A stretch of DNA of 64,000 nt, from NCBI GenBank assembly GCA_964016885.1, contig OZ024740.1, forward strand, positions 139,810,001 to 139,874,000, given 5' to 3'. This stretch comes from Eledone cirrhosa. Its lineage: Eukaryota. The notes under the pieces are model-generated. The model was not told the DNA's origin. It saw only the letters and a program-made list of their open reading frames with translations, and made no database searches. This document shows positions 40,781 to 53,827 of the stretch, one piece after another. The stretch's first letter is position 1; each line of letters opens with the position of its first letter. The translations under genes and the position numbers were made by a program.

Positions 40781-41035
40781 TGCCGGACAAAAGCCTCAGT
40801 ATTTGTTCTGGGTCACTGCACACTGCATTTAAATCCCGTCGTAGTCAACTTTGCCCTTCATTCTTTCGGATTCGATAAATAAAGTACCAGTCCAGAGAAG
40901 GTGAGTTGTTGGTATTGTTAAAAAGTTGGACGGTCTGTTTTGTTGTATCTGATCTGGGTCTGTGCGTTCTAAATTCAAATGTATGTATGTATGTATGTAT
41001 GTATGTATGTATGTATGTATGTATGTATGTATGTA

Positions 41036-41330
41036 TTATGTCAGGTCACCAGTTGGTGCTACTGGTAACATGTATCTCAGTACAACCTGTCTCATGGTCG
41101 GAACGTTGGTGACTAAACTGGCAACCCCACCAAGGTTTCTTGGTGAGGAGGGTGACTTTGGACATCCTGCAGGACTAATAACAAAATCTGTCAAAGAGCA
41201 AAGGAGCTCTTAAGAATCAATGGCAATCCAAAATCACCGGGAGAGATGACCCCTTAGCCTTTGTCAAGGCAAAATTCTAGGAGAAGGAAAACTCTGATAT
41301 AACACCTGCAACCCTGATGGTATCCAATGA
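41036..41330 (+). mobile_element. Probable RTE-clade LINE 5' region (second copy about 44440-44630 on - strand, short inverted copy 44645-44692)
   Basis: Two homologous copies start right at microsatellites; TCTAGGAGAAGGAAAACTCTGA resembles RTE 5'UTRs (recalled similarity, not searched). Confidence 0.45.
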
Positions 41331-44006
41331 TGTTGACTTGTTCTTCTTTTTGGTAAATATCATCTTGGTTAAGAGAGTGGGACTGGCTTTGTGCAGTGCC
41401 TTTGCTCACTATAAAAGCTTCACGGCACAGGCATTGCTTTATATCTGGAGATCTCTCTGCACTTGTCGTCACATGGTACCATGGGCCCAGCACTATGTGT
41501 CAGTAATTGTCACAATTGGACTAAAACGTCACACTCGTTCAGCGCATCGGTAGGGGTTCTCCTACATGGATATAAAGTAGTGGCCGTACTCGAAAACGAG
41601 TTGGCAGCCACCATGTATGTATGGGACTTTAGGAAGTCGGAGGGTCTCTATTATCCAAAAATGGGGAACAGAATCAAATGTATGTATGTATGTAAGTATA
41701 TATGTCGGAAGTTGTGACCGGCAGATAGTATCGGCAATGAAAAGATCTATGAAAATGGTCTGATTTGACAGTTTCTTATTCTTTTTTTTTTCTCCTTTTT
41801 TACTGGTACTTCATTTTATCATTCCCGTCGGGATGAAAGGCAAAGGGCCGTAACTCTATGCTGCGAAGCATGTTGCCCGACACTCTACTGATACTGGCAA
41901 TCCAGGGTCAGTAATGAGCTTCGTCGATGTCTGCGCCCTATGCTACTGCCTAACAGGTCTTAATGATAACGATCTTAACTATGAATCGAATTTAAAGGCA
42001 TAATCGAAATGTTTAACGTAACTAAACAACGATATGAAGATCTATAAATTTATACTTCAAAATAGAAATAAGAACATTTATAAGACGAGGGAATTTCTAT
42101 AGTTCTGCAAGTTATAAATTATTATGCTGGAGTCAATTCGACAGCCATATTCAAATATATAGGAATAATTAATATGCCTCGTCAAAAATATGAGCATATA
42201 TTTTGCCATTGTATGCAATTATAATTATTACAATTATTACTGTTCTTCTTCTTCATCTTATTATTGTTGTTGATGTTGTTGTTGTTGTTATTATTATTAT
42301 TTATTCCATTTTACGTAAGAATCACTTGTAGCTACTTTTGGTGTACTTTCTGTCGATGTCGCTGTTCCGGTGGTTTTGTTGCTATTTTTAACACCATCTC
42401 AAGTTATTATTATTTTTTGTTAACCTCTTGTAGAGCAAACTACTTAATGTTATTCTAGTTTGTTTCAGTGATGTATGTGTATGCGCGCGCATGTGTGTAT
42501 GTCTATTGTCTTGTGAGTGTGTATGTCTGTGTATAGTTTACTGGTGTTGAGTGTGTGTATAGTTTATTGAGTAATGAATAAATAGGGTGAGTTATATTTT
42601 ATTTAGCTCTCTATCAGCCTTGACTGAGCAGCCCTATGGTCAGAAGCATTAAAATATTGATACTCACGTCCTTGTTTAAGCTACTATGTATCGGGCTTGA
42701 ACCCACTCCATGGCATCATTTGTACACAACGCAAACATTATGTTGTAAATACGGAGTGAAAAAGTAACGGGATGATAGAGAGGGAGGGAGTGCGAGAGAG
42801 AAGCAGTCAAACAATATGTGTGGGTGGGTGTGTGCGTGCGGGTGCGTTTGAAAATTTGTACCCATACTTTATGTCAACGTTGAAGGAAAACATTCCTCCC
42901 AGTTCAAAAAGAGAAACACAACCTAGGTTGAAACAACGCTAATACAAAACACATTAGTTTGGATTAAATCATTAAGCTTCATAATCCCTTCTAGCAACAC
43001 TGGCGCCATTATTTTCAGCAAAAATAGCCACAACCAGAAACCAACTACCCAGTGCCAGTGATGCTATTAAGGCCAAAGGGACATCCGCTTAGACCGCAGA
43101 CTTCAAAGAGGTACATTACTGAACCTTAAAGAATCGCAGATTTATACATAATTTTATACATAATTTATTTTGAGATTTAGTAATTTCCTGCGATAAATAA
43201 ATCACTAAAAATCTTTACCGTGTAGCAGTGTTGTGAAAATATCCGAATTTAGAGGAGAGGGTCGTGTATTATAACAGGATTTGGTGTGGGTGAGTATGAA
43301 CTATAGAGTAGGAAGTGCCGACTTAGTAATTTTCTTAGTGCGTTCAGAGCTTCCAGTGACAATCTGTAAGTTGCAATCATTTCATTTGGGAGAACAGAGT
43401 GCACAACAGGAAGAAGGGAGGCGCTAAAATACCTAGACACCACTACCACTACAATATTTATCTAAACTACGTCCATCCCATGCAAACAAGAATAACCTGA
43501 TAAGATGTAGCCTGTCCTCATTAATGTTTTAGGTGTCCATGTAATCTCCAGAAAATACAGGCATCTTCTCGCTCCTCCGTACACTTGATACAGAACATCT
43601 ACGATATGACAGCTAGAGAGAAAGAAAAGGCTGTACCAACACTGGGTAGAGCAATATATTTATTGCTACCCGAAAGGTAAGTTGAACTCGGCGATATTTG
43701 AGAGCAGAACGAATATCATAACACATTCTATCAAACACTATAGCGATTCTGATAATAAACCGCTTTGACTTCTGTATCACTAAAGACCCAATAGGGACGA
43801 CAGCTTTTATGTGATCGGTAAAAATAGCAGCCAAATCTACTTCATATCGCACCCAATTCTTTAAACTACAAAGGAGATATTGAATAATATAATCCCACAC
43901 ACCTCTAAAAAGATGGTTTGGGCATGGCTGAAAAGCCATCAAGCATGGATTTGTTTCGATTAGGATGCCCTAGGATAACAATCTCATGCTATCATACCAG
44001 CTAGAT

Positions 44007-44096
<90 letters not shown>

Positions 44097-45182
44097 CCCG
44101 AAACCGGTAAAGTTATATTTTATAAATCATCTTAAAGACTGCAATTGCATTTTCAATTTCTTTTTCCTATATCTAAAAAAACAACTTAGTTTCGAATATA
44201 AATAAATATATATATACATATGATGGACTCTCCCGTCGATATCCGACGTATGAGTGTTCAACAAAAGTTTAAACGTGAGAAAGTGAACTGATGTTGAACT
44301 ACCCACACAAAGTTTTAAGTGGTGAAGGCTTGTGTAGACCAACCATACTTTTTAGAACTGATGACACATATCTTCGGTGCAAATGTTTGGCACGGAAAAT
44401 TCAACGACAGCCCTCAAAAAAAAAAAAGAAAAAATGTTGGATGGCCGTTGACCCTGCTGAGTTCCTACGCCCTTGGCCGGGTCTTGTATTTCATCCCGCA
44501 AGGTGTCCGAATATCACCCTCCTCACCAAGCAAGATTGGTGGGGTTGACGGTTTAGTCGCCGACGACCCGATCATGAGACAGGTTGTACTGGGATACATG
44601 TTACCAGTAGCACTCGAGAGCGACCTGAGATTATATATATATATAATGTCAGGTCGCTCTCGAGTGCAACTGGTAACATGTATCCCAGTACAATATATAT
44701 ATACATCAAAGGCAATGGGAAAAAAATAACGGAAAGTCAGAGAGTCCCATCTCCTCAGTCAACCACAGGAAATCACTACGGTTTCGGTTTATTAAGGTGG
44801 ATACCTTTCATTTCAGTGCACATTGGGACATAGCAAAACAAGTAGAGACAAGTTATGCCTTTAGGCAAATTACACAAAATATATAGTTCGCAAGGGCTTA
44901 GCCAAAGGAGAAGAATTTAGATAGAAACAAGAGAAATAGTAAAACAGAAGAGAGTAAGGACTGCTGTCCAAGATGAAGGCAAAGAAGGATACTGATGTGT
45001 AGAAAATATAAGACGAGAGAATAGGGGAAAACAGGCCGGGCGGTGTGATGTCAATTATCGTGCAAGTCCTGTGATATCATTGAGCAAGTGGGAAGGTTCA
45101 GTGTACTAGCACAAACTCAGTTTGTCTAGTTCGATAAACGTATATATATATATATATATAGTGTGTGTATGTGTGTGCGTGT

Positions 45183-45225
<43 letters not shown>

Positions 45226-45453
45226 TATATAAGTTTGAAGAATAGTCAGACAAAATTTAACCAATTTTTCTTCTTAGTCCGTATAAGATAAATAATCAAC
45301 CAGATAAATAATCATTTAAACGGAGCTAAGCTTAAAATGTAACTTTGAAGTCTTTCCTCTTAGTCCGTAGAAATTAACTAGATATATAATCATTTAAACG
45401 GAGCTAATTTTTAAAATTAAGTTTGTAGCAAAAAATAAAATTTATATATATAT

Positions 45454-45484
<31 letters not shown>

Positions 45485-45538
45485 ATAAAAAATTGAACAG
45501 GGACAGAACAGAGAGGCAGTACGACAAATGTTTATTAG

Positions 45539-45665
<127 letters not shown>

Positions 45666-45818
45666 GAAGGAAATGTGGTAAGGAACCAGGTGGACCATAA
45701 CGCACCAAAGTACTCAATACTTGAGGTAGTAGAGTGGGTAATAGGAACCAGTAAGACCCCATGTACATATATATATGTACATATACATATATATGTATGT
45801 ATGTATATATATATAAAT

Positions 45819-45863
<45 letters not shown>

Positions 45864-45881
45864 CATATATATATATATATT

Positions 45882-46039
<158 letters not shown>

Positions 46040-46669
46040 GAGAGAGAGATTCTGTCTCAGATGTCTATTTCCTGTGAACTATATTTTAATAACCTTTGGA
46101 GTTTATACATCACATGTATGCTCATGCACACACACACACCCCCACGCACACACATATGTGTGTATATATATATATGTGTGTGTGTCTATGTGTGTATATA
46201 TGTATGTATGTATGTATGTAGCTGTGTATACATAAAAATATATATACACACAATTACACAAAACACATTTTATTTCAGGAAGGTAAGACTTAACATCTGT
46301 GTCAAAGCGTGTAGCTATGACCTGACTTGACCTTATTACTACAGACTCATCAAGACAAAAGAAATGACCAAACAAAAACAAGGAAGTTGACAAAGCCGCC
46401 CGTATATGACACACTAGCTATATATATGTATATATACACATATATAATTGACTATATATGCCATATATATAAATAAATATATATATATATATATATGTGG
46501 ATGAATTTATATCCTGATTCTCTTTTGAGATGAGTTTGAGTTATTTTTCCTAAATCTTTCGTTAACTACTTTTCCCATCTTGACGTTATAGTCGCATATA
46601 TGTTATAGAATGCCGTTAGCTTCTTGCTAAAACAATCTCTATACCTCTCATTTATATATATATATATAC

Positions 46670-47252
46670 ACATGAAAGACGACAGCTGTATAACAAAGTG
46701 CAGGGCAATAAAGATAGACGGTAGCTACGGAGTAGGCAGACCCAGAAAAACCTGGGACGAGCTGATAAATTCCGACCTCACACACACCTCTCCAAGACAA
46801 TGTCACTGGACCGAGACCTTTGGCGGTACTCAGTAATAGAGAAGACCCGCCTTACCTAAATACAAAGTAAAACCTACTACAGTCAGTAGGCATCTCTAAC
46901 AAAATACACCCCCGTCCCACGACCCCGACCCCATCCACACCGCCCCTTTCAATGTAAAGTTATGTTGGTGCCACAACATCCAGGCTGAAACAAATGAGAT
47001 CGTGTAGGGGTCACGACAAAAAAAAAACACACAGTCCACGCTGTAATGTGGCCGTGTAGGCAACACGGTAAAATCCTCCCAGTCCCACACTGTAAATGTG
47101 GTTGGTGTTAGGAAGGGCATCCAGCTGTAGAAAACCCGCCAGACAGTCCTATGCGAGCAAGACAATCACTCTTGCCTCAAGTGGGAAAACCCCGTCCAAA
47201 CCCATGCAAGCGTGGAACACGGACGTTAAACAATGATGATGATGATGATGAT
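46670..47252 (+). mobile_element. RTE LINE C-terminal fragment followed by a SINE/LINE-type 3' region with (ATG)n tail
   Basis: Peptide KCRAIKIDGSYGVGRPRKTWDELINSDL (RTE-type GRPxxxW); GGTGTTAGGAAGGGCATCCAGCTGTAGAAA...GGACGTTAAACAATGATGATG; similar tails at 1-70 and 13688-13732. Confidence 0.65.
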
Positions 47253-47415
47253 TATATATATCACAGTAAAAAAGAGAATCAGTGTTGCGACGGAAAGAAA
47301 TTATTGGACATATTATAATTGTTTCTCGGGCGACCAGCTCGAGGCACGATCGATATGGTGATCAAACCTGACTCTGAAATCGCGCGGTCCTCGGATACGT
47401 CTCGATTTTACCATA

Positions 47416-47474
<59 letters not shown>

Positions 47475-47539
47475 TTAACTCAAATGACATTTAAACACCT
47501 TCCAAGTTCTGTATTAAATACTTTTTACATCCGCTGCTT

Positions 47540-47880
47540 AGTGTAATTTTACTGTCCAGTGAATAAATTTCTTAAGAATGAAAGAGATTTTCGAAATTGC
47601 CCATTGTCATCATCCGGATAAAATGTTGTTACTGACAGTTGTTAGAGTAATTTTATTACCCGAGGAATAAACTTCTTAGAAAATAAATTCGATGTTTCGA
47701 AACCTCCGTAATTTTATCATGTAGATGAAATGACTTCACTGACAGTTGCTATTGTAATTTTATTATCTTTAGAAGTGCATGTCTCATAACAAACGGAGAT
47801 TTCAAAACCTCCGAAGGCTTTTTTCCACATGAAATGATTTTACTAACAGCTGTTATTGTAATGTTAGTATATGAGGAAAA
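47540..47880. repeat. Diverged tandem repeat of about 105 bp (3 units)
   Basis: Recurring TTTC.AAA...AAATG...ACT.ACAG.TG.TA..GTAAT blocks. Confidence 0.6.
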
Positions 47881-48455
47881 ATAAGTCATATATTTTATTC
47901 CGTTATTCCGGGGATTCCTAGGTTACTATTATTATCATTATTATTATTATTATTATTATTGGCGACCTACGTAGTAAATCGTATTATCGTGAGTTGAGTT
48001 CCGCAATGGTTTGTTATTTTCAGTTGTTTAAAATTGCCATTTATGGAAATTTTTTATTGTTAACTGTATATAAGTGCACATACATTGTTTTATGAAAAGG
48101 ACACTCAAAAAGATTGGGGCCTTGAGCCCAAAATTTAAACTTTTATAATTATCAAACAAAAAAAAAAATTTCTTTGAAAAATCATAGCCGACTCACAGCT
48201 GAACCCAGTAGCTGAGAGCCTTCCTCACAAACTAACACCTTCCACCGACACCACCATTGTAAATATTACTACGTTTGCCAACACTAAAAATATAAACAGT
48301 AGCAATATTTTTAATTTGTCTCAGGCAGACATTCATTTCCCGCCATTACCAATGACTGCAGGTGTTGAAGCCGCCACCCCCACCAATACCACAGCGACAA
48401 CAGAAACAAAAGAAAAAATAAATTATCTCGTGATATCGAAACGAATTCAGCCAAA

Positions 48456-50098
48456 ATGAACTCTTCCACACCGAACACCACTGACGCCACCACCACCAGA
48501 ACTGAAACTAAAATTAACAATAACAAAAATAACGATAACAACAACAGCAACAATGAGAATAAGAAAACCCTGTCTTTTGCCAGAGTAGCAAAAAAGTGCG
48601 AAGCATTCCAGGTAACTCAGGAGGAATTAGAAGAAGCCAAAAAAATGGTAAAGAAAGATGGGTACAGGGTCAGCCTCACACACACACACCTAATAAAATG
48701 GAGCATCGGCGCCTATGCAGCGTGTCTTATCGCACGATTAACATAAAATCGCGCCGAGTGGAACGGGCATCCGAGTCCCAAATCCAAAAAGCTTTGGGAC
48801 ATGTGTGGGCAAAAAAACCCCACATCAGATGGGCAGAAATATGGAACCGTGGACGTGTTCTTTGAAACACCACAGGAGGCCAGAGAACACTCCATGGCCC
48901 CATTAAGAAGTGACGACTTCACACTCGTCCCAAGCTATTGTGGCCAGAGACTCGTGAAGATCAGGGTGACCCACGTTCCACCGGCCATCGAAATTCCCTG
49001 GCTAATGGCTGCCGTCCTCGCCGGCATCGAAGCCAACACCAAGATAATCGAAATAGCGAAAAAAAAGCAGGAGAACTGGTCCGGATCTGGGATGGAGCTC
49101 CTGATCCAAGCGGACCAAAAAAACATTGAGGAGATCCCAGAGGTAATAGACCTCAATGACGGCAGCCACCTCACCATAATCGTCGAGGGCAGGAGGCCTA
49201 GGTGTGTCGTTTGTGGTGAAGGAACCCACCTAAGGGCTTTCTGCCATCAGGCTAAAAGGTTGAGGCCACCTCTCTTACCCACCCCAGTGACTCAACCATC
49301 AACACCACCAGCAGCAGAAATGGCACCAACAACTGTAGCAGCAACAACAGAAGTAACTGTAACAGCAACAACCCCAGCAACAGTAGCAAAACCAACACCA
49401 CCACCACCCAACGCGCCAGAACTAGCACCAGCGCCTACACCATCCACCACGCCACAACCAAAACCAACGCCCGTGGAGGATTTTACACTCCCCGGCCTAT
49501 CACAACTGGGGACAGATTGTGACGACGAGGAGTGGGAAACGGTATCAAAAAAAAAGAAAAAAAGAAACCAGAAAAGAAAAAATTCTCTTCCCTCCCCCTC
49601 CAAAAACAAAATACAGAGGGAAACAAATAAACTATCAAACAAAAAATTTAGGACAGATATGCCACCATCCACACCAGCATCCCCAACCCCATCACCACAA
49701 ACACCAACACCATCACCATCATTAACCCCAACACCACCATCACCAAAAGCGAAACAGAAACAAACCCACAACAAACGCAAACAAAACAAAACAACCAAAA
49801 CGATACACACTACACAGCATTAAATTTGAACAATCAATTATTACACTACATCTAACACAACGCCAGCATCACAGAAAAAGACTACACAACAACCCCAAAG
49901 TTCACACCTCCTCCATACATACAAATCACTCGCATCACACAGAAAACGTACAGGACACTAAAGCAAAAATTCCCCAAAGACATCGGAGACTTCCGACAAG
50001 CACTCTCCAGGAGGATTTATAAGGACATCCTTCCGGAGGAGGCCACAAGCAGTGAAAAGGATGGAGAAACCATCCTTCCTCTAGGAGAAGTAAGGTAA
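48456..50098 (+). pseudogene. ORF1 (gag-like; CCHC zinc knuckle, Pro/Thr-rich and basic tail), frameshifted
   Basis: SFARVAK near the N-terminus; IIVEGRRPR-CVVCGEGTHLRAFC is CX2CX4HX4C; WETVSKKKKKR; frameshifts at about 48690, 48815 and 49800. Confidence 0.85.
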
Positions 50099-50132
50099 GT
50101 GGTCTTTCCCATCTTTTTCCCTCCATTTCAAC

Positions 50133-53100
50133 ATGACCTCACTCAGAATAGGGGTCGTCATGGAAGCAGGGCCACCTGCTCAACGACCTCAGGTCACTAA
50201 ACATAGATGTAGTGGCCATCAGCAAGACCAGAATCTCCGAAGCACGGGCCTTCGCACCGATCTTCGGCGGCTACAATGTGTACGCATCTCCCAGCCGTCC
50301 TGGATTGGGGGGAGGAGTTGCTGTGCTTTTTCGAAGAGGTTTGGATCTTGCCATACGAGCCATCTTCCTGGACCCAGAAGGTAAGTTGGTGGTGCTAGAC
50401 GTGACCAGCAGAGACGGGCAAGCTTTCAGGCTAGTGGCCGTCTATGCCCCGACAGGAGCAGGGCGGCCTGATTTCTTCCGGCGTCTGGAGACCTTTCTTG
50501 GAACGTCCCGCTCTTTAGTGTTAGTGGGCGACTGGAACGGGATCTTAGATGCATGCTGGGACTGTGTGGGATTAGCGGATAGGGAAGGAGGGTGCAAGAG
50601 CCTCACCAACCTGCTCAGGCGTTTTGAACTGTCTGACAGGTACCGATCGGATTTCCCGAATGTGCCAATGTGGACTTGGAAAAATCGCATAGGGTCATCC
50701 AGATCATATCTAGATAGAGTATTTTGTAGAGAAATAGATAGGTCTAGCATAGGCTGTCCACAATTCAAGATAGTCAGCTACACGGACCACAAATTCGTGA
50801 TCTGTGTACTGGACTTAGATAGGCTTCATAGACGAGGACCCGGCTACTGGAAGCTAAACGCGTCCTTACCAGCGCGCAAGGCCTACAGACACCGGATTAG
50901 CGAACTAGTTAAGCGGGCGTTGACGGGGGCCATCGTCAACAACAAGTGGTGGTTTGCTCTGAAAAGAGCAATTATAATAGAGTCCATTAGATTTAGTAAG
51001 GCTTTAGCAATAGAGAAAAATAGAGCAGAGGGAGAATTAGTTAGAAAATTAGACGAGGCGCTTAGCAAAGGCATCGCGACCGACGTGCTTGCGGCGAAAT
51101 TGGCCCTTGACCAATTCTTCAATGCAAAGCACGAAGGCTGCGTTGTCAGAGCTAGGGTGCGTGCTCTCAGACACGAGGGGACGAAAGCCGTTCAATGGGC
51201 TCGAGTGGCGGAGGCGCATCGTGGCAACAAAGCCACGATCCGGTCTTTGGTGGACCACGACGGGCGCATGCTACTCGATCCCGGGCAAATGTGTGAAGCT
51301 TTTCAGCGACACTTCGCTCAGTTGTTCGAGGGCAGCGGCGGGCCGGATCGAGGGATGGACTTTAGTGACTACCTCGACGGACTGCCGCGGCTCTCGGCCA
51401 CTGAGGCGGAGTGTTGCGAGAAGTCGATAACAGCCGCTGAAGTACGGGAGGCAATGATTAGCTGCACAAGGGGTAAATCGCCTGGTTTGGATGGTCTGCC
51501 CTATGAACTTTACGTACAGATGCCAGACTTGTTCGGAGGCCTCTTGGCGGACGTCTACTGCAACTGGCAACAGAACGGGAGAATTCCCAGCTCTGTGAGC
51601 CGAGGAGCTGTAGCGCTGCTGAGAAAAGATCCGAACAAGGGGGATAACATAGATAATTTCAGGCCCATAACTCTGCTAAACACAGAGTTCAAGATTTTTG
51701 CCAAGGTGCTAGCAAAGAGGTTGGCGCTTGTCGTTGGTGGTCTGGTGGGAGAGGCGCAGACATGCGCCATTCTAGACAGATCCATCCACGACAACCTCCA
51801 CCTCATGCGATACATCGTAGAGATGGTAGCTAGGGAACCTGGCACAGGTGGGTCCTTGATCAATTTAGATCAGTCAAACGCTTTCGATAGGGTCGACCAT
51901 CGTTACCTAGCGGCAGTCCTGAGGGCGGCTGGCTTTGGGCCCGTCTTCAGAGGCTGGATCGCTGCCATGCACAGCGACATCTGCTCTGTGGTGAGAGTGA
52001 ACGGTCACCTTTCGGAACCGTTCAACATCATGCGCTCGGTCCGCCAAGGATGTCCCCTCTCGTCCCTCTTGTACGTATTGACTCTCGAGTCATTACTGCA
52101 CAAACTGGAGACGTTGAGGGGGATCCCGCGCGAACTAGGATGCGGAAGATCCGTTTTTAGCATATGCGGACGATGTCACCGTAGTGGTGTCGAACGCCAA
52201 ACACATCGAGGCGATCGGCACTACACTAAGAGAATACGAAACGGTGACAGGAGCAATGATCAACCAGGTAAAGTCAGTGGGCCTGCAGCTCGGCACCTGG
52301 AGAGACAGGTCCATGCCGTCCAACAGCGTCGTCGGACGCTGGACGGACGGACCAGTTAAATTGCTCGGGGTCTGGTTCGGTCCGGATCTCCAGACGGACA
52401 AAAACTGGGACGAGGTGACGAGCAGGGTGGCTTCTCTCACCCAGAAATGGGCTGAGAGGAGACTATCCCTGAAAGGTCGAGCGAAGGTGGCTAACGCGTA
52501 TATCGCGTCCGTCATCTACTACCGCCTGACCGTCGTACCTTGTCCTAAGCTCCGCCTGACTGCGCTGGAGCGTTTGCTCTTTCGCTTTTTGTGGAAGGGA
52601 CGCGCTCCGATGGTCAGGCGGTCCATCTGCTGTCAACAGTGTCTACGTGGAGGGCTGGGAATGCCGTGGCTGATGATGCGCAGACACGCGCTCAGGCTAC
52701 GACATCTCCACCTCTTCCTCGGCGGTGATCAGGTGTGGTCGCCGTTTGCTAGACTCGTCTTTCCCCAGCTCGTTTCCTTGACGGAGCTGCAGTCCTGGGT
52801 CAAGCGAAGACCGAGAGGAAGCGCTTGGAGACTGGAATGTCTTCAGGCGCTCACAGCCCTCGACCAATCGGGCAATGTGATCTGTGGAAACTCCACCTTG
52901 GCGTTCTATGGAGGATTAGTGGAGGGTAAGAGCGACGACGTACTTGGGGAAACTCTAGGCGTCGACGAAAATCAACTAGCCAATCTCTTCGGAAGAACTT
53001 TCGGGCCGGGGCCTATGGACAACTTCCAGAAATCCCTGGCCTGGCAGTGCTACCGAGGAGCTTTGCCAGTTCGGAATAAACTCTACAGGTATGGAGATGC

Positions 53101-53530
53101 CGTCAGCCGGGCATGTCCGAGATGCGCGCAGGGCGACGAAACCGTCCTGCACGCACTCGTCCAGTGTCCGAGCATTGCTGACTTGTGGGTTTATGTCGAA
53201 CACCTGCTGTCACGTGTAGGACGGATCCAGCTATCAGCTGAGTCCATCGTGAGGATTGCCCCGCCCCCTTCCTTTAGCCTGGAAGGGCAGGCAGTTTTTA
53301 TCTGTCTGGTGGCCATGGCGAAAGAGATAGTATGGTGGACACGTTTGAAAGGGCTGAAGACGAGCACTTACCTCTTCGGTGATGCCCTGATTAACTTTTT
53401 CAAATTTCATTTGAAAAGGAAAATCAGGGTAGAGAGGGAAGTGCTCTCTTCCCAGCATTTTGTTGAAAGATGGGTGAGAGAAGCAAGTATGGCCCGAATG
53501 AATGGGCCTTCTCTGAGTATGTGTCTGTAA
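50133..53530 (+). pseudogene. ORF2: APE endonuclease, reverse transcriptase and zinc finger, frameshifted
   Basis: GDWN, SYLDRVF, TDHK; KSPGLDG, NFRPITLLN, AFDRVDH, RQGCPLS; AYADD at 52160-52174 after a frameshift; CPRC-x8-H-x4-C. Confidence 0.93.
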
Positions 53531-53772
53531 ATTAAAGGTGGAAAACTGGGAGAGGGCACTTGCCCTGGTGGTCAGGGCCACTGTGGTCTTTTAATGGGCT
53601 TTCTCCACAAATGTCCCTTGGAAGTCTCCCCCCTATTGGGGAATTTTTCTTTGTTATTTTATTTCAACCTCTGTTTTTTTACACGCAGAAATGCCCATTT
53701 GTACCGTCCTGTATTGTCCTGTACTGTCCTTAATGTCTACTTTATGTGAACCCTTGTGGTTAATAAAGAAAA

Positions 53773-53817
<45 letters not shown>

Positions 53818-53827
53818 CATTATTGTT

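Larger units (their letters stand above)
47961..53773 (+). mobile_element. Near full-length Tx1-clade non-LTR retrotransposon inserted in (ATT)n
   Basis: 5'UTR, ORF1, ORF2 and 3'UTR ending TGTGGTTAATAAAGAAAAC; (ATT)n at 47926-47960 and 53774-53824. Confidence 0.92.

Noticed and set aside
44770-44830. Hammerhead-like CTGAAATGA...GAAACCGTA on the - strand (homologue 10265-10330)
   Set aside because: Core spacing is wrong and stem II is not supported in both copies; kept only as a repeat family.
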